A stretch of DNA of 64,000 nucleotides. Source: an uncultured Lachnospiraceae bacterium. GTDB lineage: Bacteria > Bacillota > Clostridia > Lachnospirales > Lachnospiraceae. The stretch lies in assembly GCA_959022495.1 (NCBI GenBank), contig CAUEYX010000009.1, forward strand, positions 27,329 through 91,328, given 5' to 3'. The first letter of the stretch is position 1; each line of letters starts with the position of its first letter. Both the position numbers and the translations under genes were made by a program. Positions 25,429-40,326 of the stretch are shown in pieces. Under the pieces are notes generated by a model that had not been told where the DNA came from, did no database searches, and worked only from the letters and a program-made list of their open reading frames with translations.

Positions 25429-28400
25429 ATGAAGAGAAAAAAGCTTATTTCACAGATGCTGGTTTCGGTGTTTGCGATGTCCTCAGTTCTGTCAGGACTG
25501 AGCCCGATTACGGCTTACGCTGAAGGGCAGGAAGAGACGCGGAACACAGAGATCCAGGCGGAATTTTTCGTTTCTCCAAAAGGAGACGACGCGGGAGACG
25601 GCTCCTATGAGCATCCGTTTGCCACGCTGGAGGCCGCGCGGGATGCCGTGCGAAAAGTAAACGACAGCATGACGGGGGACATCTATGTATTTATCGCGAA
25701 AGGAGATTACTATGTAGAGGACACCATTGTATTTGACGAGCAGGATTCAGGGACAAATGGATTCAAGATCAGGTATGTGAATCTGGACGGCATAGCAGAC
25801 GCAAGTTTTATCGGAGGCAGACAGGTTGATTCGGAGTGGACGCTGGCAGAGAATAAAGGAGCTGACGCTGATCTTCCGGATTCCGCGGTGGGGAAGGTAT
25901 ACAAAACCCATGTGGGTACGGACACCATCTTTGATACCCTTTATGTAAATGATGAGCGCGCCACACTGGCACGCACACAGAATAAAGAGCAGATCGCGGG
26001 ATTTGAGTCGGCTCTGACCCCCTATATGAAGACCGCGGGCGGCGGGATCAGCAGCCTGGTCTACAGGAACGGTGATCTGGATGATGAGGCCATTGCCGGA
26101 CTTGTGAATGCCCAGGAGAGAGGGGATCTGGACGCTTCTGTGTATATGTGGGACGGAGGATATTGGGACTGGATGACAGATACGATCCCGATTTCTGCCA
26201 TTGACACATCCAGCAGAACGCTTACATACAAGACGGTAGAGGGACATCCGGAGATGTACCGGCCCAAATATTCAACCGGGACAAATGCGCGCTATTTCCT
26301 CCAGGGCAACTTAGGATTTTTGGACGCGCCGGGCGAATACTATTTTAACAAGACAACAGGAGACCTCTATTATTATCCGGAGGAAGGCAGCATTGAGGAC
26401 CAGGATATTGTAATACCGGAAGTGAAAGAGATTATCCGGCTGGAGGGTTCATCCAGAGACAGTATGGTAGAAAATATTGAGTTCAGCGGCCTTGAGTTCA
26501 AAGACACCAATACAACAGACTGGTACGCGTATGGATGGAACTGGGGTGACGCCGGCGCAGGGCTCGGATTCTATCCGAAGGAAGCAGAGGGAAGCACCCA
26601 GCCGTCCTACTGCGAACAGACAGAGCGGATCGAATTCCAGTATGGAAATATTACATTAAAAAATACAAAAAATATTACGATCTCCAAGTCCCGGATTACC
26701 AATGCGGGTATGTTTGGAATCGAGGTATATCTGGCGAATCAGAACACCGTGATCGAAGACTGCCTGATCAATTATACCGGACATGGCGGGATCAATATAG
26801 AGGGCGGATACCCGGGAGTATCAGGGGACGAGAACGGAGACGGGTACAGCCGGGACAATCTTGTCCGCAATACGGTGATCCACAATGTGGGCGAGCTCAT
26901 TGGGCAGGCCACAGGACTTACGGTACAGCAGTCCAGTTACAATACATTCTCCAATATTGAGATTTATAATTCTCCGAGGAGAGGGGCATTTATCACAGCG
27001 GGACACAGCAGGAATCCCAACACCTCCTATCCCAATGGCGATAAGGATTTTGATATTATGACAGAGATGTACTCCCATCACAATACATTCGAGTACATGT
27101 ACATCCACGACTGCCAGCAGGACGGCGGTGATGACGGGGCATTTTTCGGGTGCTATCTGTATAAGGGAAGCCAGAACTACAAGCCCAACTATATCAATCA
27201 GATGGTGATCGAGAATACGGGGGCGAATCCGTCCATGGGGGATCTGGGGCCAAACTGTATGAACCTGGACATGGGCTGCTCCGGATTTGAGCTGAGCAAT
27301 GTAAAAGCCATCAATCCCATGAACTTTAATATCGAGGTCAACACGATCAAACAGTATGGGGACGTGATTAAATTTGACAATGTAAATATTGATTACGGAA
27401 CCATGGTAAATCTCATTGACGAGTTTGACGATTCCAAGATGGAATATGACAAGATCGGCGTAACCAGCGATTATCCGGCTGAGTTTATGCACGCGGCTTC
27501 AAAGGATATCGTACAGGAGCCGGAAGACCTGTATTTTGAAGAAGATTTTGAAAACGGGATCGATTATACAAAGTGGACTGCGGACGGTACGGCTCCGGAG
27601 ATCACAACACAGTGGTATTCTGAGGGCGGCCTGAGCGGAAGACAGGGCCTTGAGCTTACAGGGAACGGAAAATTGTACCGTGAGTTCAGTGAAACACTCA
27701 ATAAAGTTGTGACAGTCAAGATGTTTGACAGGCAGAACAACAACCTTGCCGCTTATGATTCCGGCAGACAGAATTCGTCCAAAACAACCTCCATTGCAAG
27801 GGCGGACGACGGAGAGAATATCATTGGCATCGGGATGGACTATGATAATCTGAATCATTATGTTGTCCAGATCGGGGACAGCCGGGAGGCCACAGAGATA
27901 GAGAGAACTTTTGGATGGCATGAATTCAAATTCGACTACACTTCTGGCACGGATGTGAAACTCTATCTCGACGGAGAACTTGTGGGAACGGTGAAAGCGG
28001 ACGGGTTTGATACGGTTTCCCTTGGGGCTGACGATGGAAAAGGCATCGCGTACTATGATCAGCTCTATATCTTTGGAGGAGCGGAGGCAGAGGAGCCGGG
28101 AAGCATTACAATACCGCCGGCACCGGAGTATGATTCTTCCAATGACAACAAAGAACAGCTCAGCCTTGACATGGAAGACGGACAGCTGCCAGAGTTCGAG
28201 CAGGTAAATAAGTCCTATATGGAGATCGTGGCCGATCCCGCTGACCCGGAAAATATGGCGCTCTTTAATGATGTACAGGACGGCCATAATTTCTATCAGA
28301 CAGATGCGGACTGGAACAACTATGTGGTAAACCTGAAGTGGAGGTTTGCCGGATGGGGAGCCCAGAATGTGCTGGGCGGCGCCTATGACAATTTCACCAT

Positions 28401-30435
28401 CTTTGTCATGACCAATCTGGAGGGTGATGAACGGCCGACGAACCCGGGATCTTACCAGATTGTATACAGAAGAAATAAAAACGGGGGAAATGGATTCGAC
28501 GCGGGCACTCCCTATTTTGAGATCTGCAAGCACGCAAGAAGCGGCGATACGGTTCTCGGGCGTTCGGCGGTGCCGGAGGGCTTCGAAGCGGACGCATGGC
28601 ATGAGCTGCAGATTCAGACCTTCGATGGCAAGGTCGGATTCATCGTGGACGGCCAGCAGCTGATCTCAGTGAATGACGGGGCATACACATACGGCGGCGT
28701 AGGGTTCGGAGGAATCAATGCCCAGGTGTACATGGACGATATCCAGATCATATCAAACCCGACCTATGTTGACTATCCGGAGAATTTCGGACTGATAAAC
28801 GCGGAGTTAAACGGCGATTTCAATCCGGAATATTATACATACAGCGCGGTGATCCAGGAGAAAGAGCAGCCGGTTACCATGGTGAAACCAGTGCCGGTAC
28901 TTGAGGGGGCGGATGTGAAGATCGCCCTGAATGGAACAGATATCACAGATCAGTTTGAAGACGGTCAGGCTGTGGAACTGAAATTAGAAGCCGGCATGAA
29001 CAGAGTGGTGGTCTCCGAGGTGACTTCAGCCGGAACGAAAGACTACACCATCTACATTGACAACCGTGCGGAGATCACAGAAATTGGAAAGATCGATCCA
29101 GTTACAGTAAATAGAGGCGAAGCGCCTCAGCTGCAGTCGACAGTGAATGTGGCATTTGACGACGGAACAGAGCGTGAAGTTGAGATTCAGTGGGATATGA
29201 TCAATCCATGGTCCTATAAAGTGACAGGGCAGTTTGAAGTACAGGGTCAGCTGAAAGACTTTTCTGAAAAAGTAAGTGCGTCTGTGACCGTTGACGGCAT
29301 TGTGTCAGCTGCGAAACTGGCGGACGTTGAGACCTCGGTTGGAAAGGCTCCGGTTCTGGCGGAATCTGTCTCTGCGGTATTCGTATCCGGCGCGAAAGAA
29401 CTGGCTCTTACTTATGTGCAGGCAGACGCGAAGCTGTACGAGAAGGAAGGTGTGGTGATCCTCCCGGCTCGGGCTGAGGGATACGCTCCGGTACTTCTGC
29501 AGAAGGTGATTGTAAAAGACGGTGGACAGACAGAACCGGGCGAAGAGGTGAATAAAGAACTGCTCCAGAAGACATATGACTATGCGCTGACACTGTCCAC
29601 AGAGGGTGTTGTGGAGAGCGCGGCAGAATTTTTCAAGGAAGCTTTGGCGCAGGCAGAGAAAGTTCTGGCGGATACAGAGGCATCACAGGAAGAAGTCAAT
29701 GCGGCCTGGGACAATCTCCTGGAAGGCATCTGGGGCCTGGGGCTTACCCAGGGCGATAAGACCATGCTCAATCTGCTCGTGGAGAAAGCCCAGAGCATGA
29801 TAGAGAACCAGGATAAATATGTACAGGATACCTGGAATAACCTTGTAGAAGCGCTGGAAGAGGCTGAGGCGGTCCTGGAAGACGGCGACGCTATGGATGA
29901 AGACATTGAACCGGCGGCGGAGAAGCTGTTAAGCGCCATCACAGAGCAGCGGTATAAAGCGGATAAATCCAACCTCAAAGAGCTGATCAGCAGGGCAGAA
30001 GGGATCGATTCCGCGAAATACACAGAAGAAAGCGTGGCTGTAATGAGAACCGCGCTGGCACAGGCAAAGGCTGTGATGGCGGACGAGAGTCTCAGTGTGG
30101 ACAGCCAGGAAGAGGTGAACGCGGCAGCAGCACAATTAAGCAGCGCGATCGAAGGCCTGGTTCCGGTCTCCGGGGATGACGGAGACGACGGAGATAACGG
30201 AGACGGAACAGATGGAGATGACAGCGGCACAGATGGAGATAACAGCGGCACAGATGGAGACGGCAGCAGCAAAGGCGGAGACAGCAGCTCAGACGGAAGT
30301 GTTTCCGGCGGCAGCCAAAACTCTGCAGTAAAGAGTGTTCAGACCGGCGACACAGCAAATCTGATCCCATTGATCACTGCGCTTATCGCAGCGTCAGCTT
30401 TGGCTGTGGCACTGAAAAGAAAAAATGGAAAATAA
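25429..30435 (+). CDS. Wall-anchored multidomain beta-helix glycoside hydrolase (GH141-like) with LamG/DUF1080-like, Ig-like and FIVAR domains
   Basis: Signal peptide; FFVSPKGDD..DGS..HPFATLEAAR N-terminus; LDAPGEYYF; Asn-ladder beta-helix repeats; FIVAR repeats; VQTGD anchor. Confidence 0.75.
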   Translation: MKRKKLISQMLVSVFAMSSVLSGLSPITAYAEGQEETRNTEIQAEFFVSPKGDDAGDGSYEHPFATLEAARDAVRKVNDSMTGDIYVFIAKGDYYVEDTIVFDEQDSGTNGFKIRYVNLDGIADASFIGGRQVDSEWTLAENKGADADLPDSAVGKVYKTHVGTDTIFDTLYVNDERATLARTQNKEQIAGFESALTPYMKTAGGGISSLVYRNGDLDDEAIAGLVNAQERGDLDASVYMWDGGYWDWMTDTIPISAIDTSSRTLTYKTVEGHPEMYRPKYSTGTNARYFLQGNLGFLDAPGEYYFNKTTGDLYYYPEEGSIEDQDIVIPEVKEIIRLEGSSRDSMVENIEFSGLEFKDTNTTDWYAYGWNWGDAGAGLGFYPKEAEGSTQPSYCEQTERIEFQYGNITLKNTKNITISKSRITNAGMFGIEVYLANQNTVIEDCLINYTGHGGINIEGGYPGVSGDENGDGYSRDNLVRNTVIHNVGELIGQATGLTVQQSSYNTFSNIEIYNSPRRGAFITAGHSRNPNTSYPNGDKDFDIMTEMYSHHNTFEYMYIHDCQQDGGDDGAFFGCYLYKGSQNYKPNYINQMVIENTGANPSMGDLGPNCMNLDMGCSGFELSNVKAINPMNFNIEVNTIKQYGDVIKFDNVNIDYGTMVNLIDEFDDSKMEYDKIGVTSDYPAEFMHAASKDIVQEPEDLYFEEDFENGIDYTKWTADGTAPEITTQWYSEGGLSGRQGLELTGNGKLYREFSETLNKVVTVKMFDRQNNNLAAYDSGRQNSSKTTSIARADDGENIIGIGMDYDNLNHYVVQIGDSREATEIERTFGWHEFKFDYTSGTDVKLYLDGELVGTVKADGFDTVSLGADDGKGIAYYDQLYIFGGAEAEEPGSITIPPAPEYDSSNDNKEQLSLDMEDGQLPEFEQVNKSYMEIVADPADPENMALFNDVQDGHNFYQTDADWNNYVVNLKWRFAGWGAQNVLGGAYDNFTIFVMTNLEGDERPTNPGSYQIVYRRNKNGGNGFDAGTPYFEICKHARSGDTVLGRSAVPEGFEADAWHELQIQTFDGKVGFIVDGQQLISVNDGAYTYGGVGFGGINAQVYMDDIQIISNPTYVDYPENFGLINAELNGDFNPEYYTYSAVIQEKEQPVTMVKPVPVLEGADVKIALNGTDITDQFEDGQAVELKLEAGMNRVVVSEVTSAGTKDYTIYIDNRAEITEIGKIDPVTVNRGEAPQLQSTVNVAFDDGTEREVEIQWDMINPWSYKVTGQFEVQGQLKDFSEKVSASVTVDGIVSAAKLADVETSVGKAPVLAESVSAVFVSGAKELALTYVQADAKLYEKEGVVILPARAEGYAPVLLQKVIVKDGGQTEPGEEVNKELLQKTYDYALTLSTEGVVESAAEFFKEALAQAEKVLADTEASQEEVNAAWDNLLEGIWGLGLTQGDKTMLNLLVEKAQSMIENQDKYVQDTWNNLVEALEEAEAVLEDGDAMDEDIEPAAEKLLSAITEQRYKADKSNLKELISRAEGIDSAKYTEESVAVMRTALAQAKAVMADESLSVDSQEEVNAAAAQLSSAIEGLVPVSGDDGDDGDNGDGTDGDDSGTDGDNSGTDGDGSSKGGDSSSDGSVSGGSQNSAVKSVQTGDTANLIPLITALIAASALAVALKRKNGK
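29551..30171 (+). repeat. FIVAR stalk cassette, paralogous to 60525..61145 (-)
   Basis: Ungapped 207-aa alignment with identical blocks LLQKTYDYALTLST, EVNAAWDNLLEGIWGLGL, QRYKADKSNL. Confidence 0.9.
30208..30260 (+). repeat. 21-bp coding tandem repeat (TDGD(D/N)SG, about 2.5 copies)
   Basis: ACAGATGGAGATGACAGCGGC ACAGATGGAGATAACAGCGGC ACAGATGGAGA. Confidence 0.85.
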
Positions 30436-30537
30436 ACAGGTGAAGAAGAAAGGATAAGAACGCCTGCGGATAAAAAGGCAGGCAGAACAAAAGGATAAGG
30501 AACAGGCTGGCGCACGTGACAGTGCGCTGCCGGCTGT

Positions 30538-30596
30538 GCTCCCTTCGGGCAGACAGGTGACGCAAGAGACCTGCTGCTTCGGAGGGAGCTTTTTTT
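30538..30596 (+). terminator. Rho-independent terminator after the surface enzyme gene
   Basis: GCTCCCTTCG-GGCAG-ACAGGT...ACCTG-CTGCT-TCGGAGGGAGC followed by T7. Confidence 0.85.
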
Positions 30597-30611
30597 ACAA
30601 AAATCAGAGGT

Positions 30612-30635
30612 TGTTAGAAATCGGAGGATCTGTTA
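30612..30635 (+). promoter_or_regulatory. Shared upstream motif, copy 2
   Basis: TGTTAGAAATCGGAGGATC-TGTTA (continues AAAATCTGAG), 19-bp period. Confidence 0.5.
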
Positions 30636-30816
30636 AAAATCTGAGATGAAAATGAAAGATATGTGAGTGATCATTATTTTTATTTGTTGAAGAACCTGGC
30701 ACAGTGCCTGAGAATAAACAGAGACAAAGGAACTTTTGTCACTGGTATGCGGGCAGGCAGAAAAGTTGTCCCGAAAGATAAATACAGCGATTTTATGAAT
30801 GTGAGAGGTAGGAAAG

Positions 30817-31857
30817 ATGACAAAAAAAGAAAGAGTGATGGCAGCAATCCGCCATCAAAAGACAGACCGGGTGCCCAAAGGGGAGATCTATATTCAGCCG
30901 AAGGTGTCCAATGCCCTGCTGGGCAGAGATTATCCGCTGGACCATCAGCATTTTGAGAGGGATGCGGCGGTACGTAAGCTTTTGAACATGGACCTTATCA
31001 ATGTGGGAGACTGGCCGGAATGGAAGATTGGGGAGACCGAAGACGGCAAGGCGATTGTGCGGAGTGTGTACGGCCAGACATTTGTAGTGGGCGCCGAGTC
31101 AAAGCATATCCTCGATCCCGCTCTGGATATCGAAGACGCGGATGATTATGAGGAGCCAGACATTTCTAAAGTAAAGGGGACATTGATTGAAAGATTCGCG
31201 CAGGAGACGGATCTCTTTGTCTTCGCGCAGATCGGAGGCCCGATCTCTATGCTCAACGAGATGTTTCCTATGGAAGACTATATGGTGTACTGTCTGACCA
31301 ACACAGAAGATATGTACACGATTTCGGAAAAAGTAATCGCGTTCGAGATCAAAAAGGCAAAGCTGTTTCTAGATAAAGGCGCGGACGCAATCTTGATTGC
31401 GGACGATATGGCATTCAATGCAGGGGTGTTCCTTCCACCTTACATTATGGAAAAGAATGTCTATCCCTTCTATAAAAAAATGATCAAAGAGATCAAAGCG
31501 TACAAGGATGTACCGGTCTTTCTGCACAGTGATGGAAACTTAAATTCTGTCATGGATGATATTGTGGAGTGCGGCTTTGACGGTCTCCAGTCCCTGCAGC
31601 CCTCGGCGGGCATGGATATTGCCCGGATCAAAGAAAAATACGGTGATAAACTGTGTCTGTGGGGAAATATCGATCTGGACCACATCCTGTGCTTTGGGAC
31701 GACAGATGAGGTGAAGGCAGATGTCAGAAGAACGATTGACATTGCGTCACCGGGAGGAGGATTCATCCTCTCCACGTGCAATACCATGGTGGATATCATT
31801 CCCACGGAAAATATTCTGGCCATGATGGAAGAGGCAGAGCGGGTGCTGCATTCATGA
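30817..31857 (+). CDS. Uroporphyrinogen decarboxylase / methylcobamide methyltransferase family protein
   Basis: MTKKERV.AAI.H...DRVP, GAD.I.IADD, HSDGN, LQP..GMD, LWGNID, GGGFILS. Confidence 0.88.
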   Translation: MTKKERVMAAIRHQKTDRVPKGEIYIQPKVSNALLGRDYPLDHQHFERDAAVRKLLNMDLINVGDWPEWKIGETEDGKAIVRSVYGQTFVVGAESKHILDPALDIEDADDYEEPDISKVKGTLIERFAQETDLFVFAQIGGPISMLNEMFPMEDYMVYCLTNTEDMYTISEKVIAFEIKKAKLFLDKGADAILIADDMAFNAGVFLPPYIMEKNVYPFYKKMIKEIKAYKDVPVFLHSDGNLNSVMDDIVECGFDGLQSLQPSAGMDIARIKEKYGDKLCLWGNIDLDHILCFGTTDEVKADVRRTIDIASPGGGFILSTCNTMVDIIPTENILAMMEEAERVLHS

Positions 31858-31894
31858 TATCAGTGTAATTAGGCGTAAGATAGGAGAAAGAAAA

Positions 31895-34800
31895 ATGAGT
31901 ATGACAAAGCAGATGATCGTGGACCAGAATACACACTGGATCAAAAGCGGCCAGAGTGTGGCATTGAATTTTTCACTGGATATGGATGAGGCACAGATGG
32001 AGGACAGCAGTTTCCGGCTGCAGCTGCGCGGAAGGGCAGGGATACATCCCTCCTGGATGTACGAAGGCGGTCTTCCCTATCTCTTCCGGGATATTGACGA
32101 CGCGTTGTGCACGGAGACGGACCACAGCCGTTTTTCCTTAAGAATCCGCTGCCGGGGGGAGGATTATCCCCGGCGCGCGTATTATCGGATCGACTGTCCG
32201 CCCAGGATCAATTCGCAGTATCCGGTTCCGCCCAATGGCAGCACGGAATGGGCGTTTTCCGGTACTGTCAGGACAGAAGATCTTGAAGTGGAAGAACATG
32301 GATCTGCACAGATCCGGTTTGAGACTTGGATGAAGTGGGAAGGACGGGATATCAGAGATATCGGCAGAGAGCCGGATCGGACGGACATTGTAAATCTGCC
32401 GCGCGGCACCAGCGGATGGACGCGGATTGGCGGGCAGATTGAGATCGGGCCGGATACGGCGGCCGTACTTGTGACCATCGAAGTGGAGAAAGCCAGCGGC
32501 ACAGTGTGGCTGGAAGATTTTTCTCTGACAAACGACAAAGGGTTTAATATACTGCCGCCCTTTGACATGACAAACCGGTATCACGAATTCATGAACTGGA
32601 TGGGGGAGAACCTGTCACAGAAGGAGTGGACGGATCTTTTGGTCACTGTGAACGGATGTGATCTGGGCGTTCACTCATGCTTTCAGCGCTGCTTTGCGGG
32701 AAATGAAAACGAGATCTCTGTGCCGGACGGGGTGCTGCGTCCGGGCAGGAATGAACTGATCCTGAAAAATGTATCGGACTATTTCCAGCCGGTTCCCTAT
32801 GTGTTATCACGCCTGGCGGTACACGCGGAGAAAACCCGCCCGGCGCAGATCATATACTGCCCGGAATATGTGCGGGCGGGGGAAGAGTTTGGAATTCTGA
32901 TCCGCACAGGGCAGCCGGATCTGGAGGTATGCGTGGAGACAGATGAGCCGCTCTCGGTTAAAAATTGTACATCATTGCGCGGTAAAGGGCTTCATGTGGT
33001 GCGGTTATCGGCCGGGAAGGCCGGGGAACATCTGGAAGTGACGGTGTCATGCCGGTCGGGCGGAGACAGGAGAGCTGTCGCAGCAGGTCCTGCCGATGGT
33101 TCAGGAGAGAAGGGACAGAAAGCATATGAAAGCTATAGGGACAGCGCGTGGATCAAGCGGATCGTAGAAAAAGAAACAGACGGCGTGATTACAGGCAGCG
33201 GGGACGCGGTCTACATTGCCCAGGATATGGATGAGATGGAGCGCTATCTGTGCTGGTATCTGTCAGAGAATCTTGGGAATATGATCACGTTCCGCCCGGT
33301 GTACCGCTGGTCGGGGAGCCGTTCGTGCCATCCGGATGTGTGGCGCCGTATGGCAGAACTATGCAGCGGCCTGAATATGGGATACTGCTATATTACAGAC
33401 GGAAGGGAACTGCCGGGGATCAACGCGAATCCGTCCGATGCCATGCTTCAAGGGGATTACTATCTGGGAAGCCAGGGACATGAGAGGGACGGCGCGTTCT
33501 ATTACTGGCTCCAGACTCACAGGATGTGTAATGAAACACTGTATGAGCAGATCTGCCGAAAGGTGTGCCGGCACCCAGATTATACATACCGGGTTCCGTT
33601 TGAATACGGAACAGACGATGTATATTACAATTTCAATCCTGTAAAATGCGCGGATATGGAGGAAGGAGCGCGGCAGTTTGTAGAAAAGGCGGCCGCCTCT
33701 TTAAAAGGGATCAAAAGGCATACCGGACCGTCTACTTTATTTAAGTACCTGTATCAGGCGGGAATAGAAGTTTGCGGCGCGGAGCTGATGTATGGCCCCA
33801 CGGAAGTCATCCTGTCCGCCTTAAGGGGAGCGTCTGAAGCGTGGAACAAAGAACGGTTCGCCGCCCACCTGGCAGTCCAGTGGGGGACAACACCCCATGA
33901 TACGGAGACGCATTTCAGGAGATTTCGGCTCGCGCTTTATCTCAGTTATATGCACGGGTGCCATCACATCAACACAGAGGAAGGATTCTACCGCATGGAG
34001 GAGATGTTCGCTGAGTCTGACCGTTTCAGCATCTCCTGCAGCGGACATGCGGATATACAGCGGGAGTTTCTCACATTTATACAGACCCACAGCCGCCGGG
34101 GGCGTATGGTCAGTCCGGCAGCTCTGCTCCACGGGGCAGATGATGCCTGGGTATGCTTTACAAGGAGGAACGCGTGGTCTCAGGAAGGGGATGCGTGGCA
34201 GTTTGATACCCCGGAGGAAAGCTGGGATCTGCTCCGGGTGTTTTATCCGGATTCTGTGCTGGACGCGATTTACCGCCATCCGTGCCCCGATGAACCGCAG
34301 GGATATTATACCCGCACCCCATATGGGACAGTGGATATCCTCCCGGCTGAGGCGGCGGTGGAGAAATATATGCGGCACAGCCATCTGGCGTTCCTTGGAT
34401 ATAATACCGCAGCGGAAGATCAGATAGAGAAACTGGAAGAGTATGTGAAAAACGGTGGGAAACTGCTGCTTGGCTGGTGCCATCTTCTGACCGATACGGA
34501 TCGGGAAACCGCCATCCGGGGTATCCCGCATCCTCTGGACGCGCGGCGGCTTACCGGCCTGTGTCTCCGCTCATTCAGACAGGGCGCGGACGGCGGCCGG
34601 TACGGCGACGTTGAACAAATGGCAGAGCATATGGAAGTTCTGGAGACGCGGGAAGGTGTTCCGTTCGTAATACGCAGAAAACTCGGGAAAGGCCAGGTGT
34701 ATTTTGTAAACGCGGCGGAATATCCGGCTGATCAGCGTGTGCGGGACACCTATGAAAATCTTCTGCGTCAGTTCGCGGAAGAGGCGGCCCGGGAGAATTT

Positions 34801-35269
34801 CCACAAGGGATGGATGACTGGGAATGACACGGTGGGCACGGCAGTGTACGACCGGGAGGACGGACAGCGGGTGATCTACGCGGTCAATACCGACTGGTGG
34901 AGCAGCCCGGTGAGATGTGCCAAAGGAGTGCTTCATCTGGCAGACCGGGAATATGAAGTGGATATTCCGGCAGACCGGATTACACAGATTACGATAAACG
35001 GTGAAACGGCGGCAGTGGTATCGGATCTGGAAACAGAAGTGATGGAAATCAGACAGACGGAGAAAGGATGCGCCGTAACAGTACAGGGCAGCAGCGAAGC
35101 GCGTATGACCATATACAGCAGCCAGGGGGTATCCGAACTGACAGAAGAGAATGGAACCCCTCTGACAGGGAGAAAGATACCCGGAGAAGAAAACGGGGAC
35201 GAAAGCGGGTATGAGGTATTGCTGCATCCCTGCGGGAGAAGACAGATTACATGGAAGAGGAAGGAATAA
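31895..35269 (+). CDS. Large cytoplasmic hypothetical protein, probable glycoside hydrolase of unassigned family
   Basis: 1124 aa, no signal peptide; N-terminal jelly-roll-like segment; GH42-trimerisation-like LEEYVKNGGKLLL...LGKGQVYF region; sits in an operon with GH2. Confidence 0.55.
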   Translation: MSMTKQMIVDQNTHWIKSGQSVALNFSLDMDEAQMEDSSFRLQLRGRAGIHPSWMYEGGLPYLFRDIDDALCTETDHSRFSLRIRCRGEDYPRRAYYRIDCPPRINSQYPVPPNGSTEWAFSGTVRTEDLEVEEHGSAQIRFETWMKWEGRDIRDIGREPDRTDIVNLPRGTSGWTRIGGQIEIGPDTAAVLVTIEVEKASGTVWLEDFSLTNDKGFNILPPFDMTNRYHEFMNWMGENLSQKEWTDLLVTVNGCDLGVHSCFQRCFAGNENEISVPDGVLRPGRNELILKNVSDYFQPVPYVLSRLAVHAEKTRPAQIIYCPEYVRAGEEFGILIRTGQPDLEVCVETDEPLSVKNCTSLRGKGLHVVRLSAGKAGEHLEVTVSCRSGGDRRAVAAGPADGSGEKGQKAYESYRDSAWIKRIVEKETDGVITGSGDAVYIAQDMDEMERYLCWYLSENLGNMITFRPVYRWSGSRSCHPDVWRRMAELCSGLNMGYCYITDGRELPGINANPSDAMLQGDYYLGSQGHERDGAFYYWLQTHRMCNETLYEQICRKVCRHPDYTYRVPFEYGTDDVYYNFNPVKCADMEEGARQFVEKAAASLKGIKRHTGPSTLFKYLYQAGIEVCGAELMYGPTEVILSALRGASEAWNKERFAAHLAVQWGTTPHDTETHFRRFRLALYLSYMHGCHHINTEEGFYRMEEMFAESDRFSISCSGHADIQREFLTFIQTHSRRGRMVSPAALLHGADDAWVCFTRRNAWSQEGDAWQFDTPEESWDLLRVFYPDSVLDAIYRHPCPDEPQGYYTRTPYGTVDILPAEAAVEKYMRHSHLAFLGYNTAAEDQIEKLEEYVKNGGKLLLGWCHLLTDTDRETAIRGIPHPLDARRLTGLCLRSFRQGADGGRYGDVEQMAEHMEVLETREGVPFVIRRKLGKGQVYFVNAAEYPADQRVRDTYENLLRQFAEEAARENFHKGWMTGNDTVGTAVYDREDGQRVIYAVNTDWWSSPVRCAKGVLHLADREYEVDIPADRITQITINGETAAVVSDLETEVMEIRQTEKGCAVTVQGSSEARMTIYSSQGVSELTEENGTPLTGRKIPGEENGDESGYEVLLHPCGRRQITWKRKE

Positions 35270-40286
<5,017 letters not shown>

Positions 40287-40326
40287 GGTGAGCAGGTTCC
40301 TTTTATAAATGCGGAATGTATAAAAA

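Noticed and set aside
27499..28602. 367-aa antisense ORF
   Set aside because: Shadow of the 25429..30435 gene; no motifs or RBS
30181..30300. Short repeats as CRISPR or contingency locus
   Set aside because: In-frame low-complexity Gly/Asp linker; no unique spacers or cas genes
30436..30600. Multi-hairpin spacer as an ncRNA or riboswitch
   Set aside because: Adequately explained as a 3' UTR with terminator; no aptamer consensus recognised
30817..31857. Calling this gene hemE
   Set aside because: Lacks the HemE W.MRQAGR motif and has no haem pathway context
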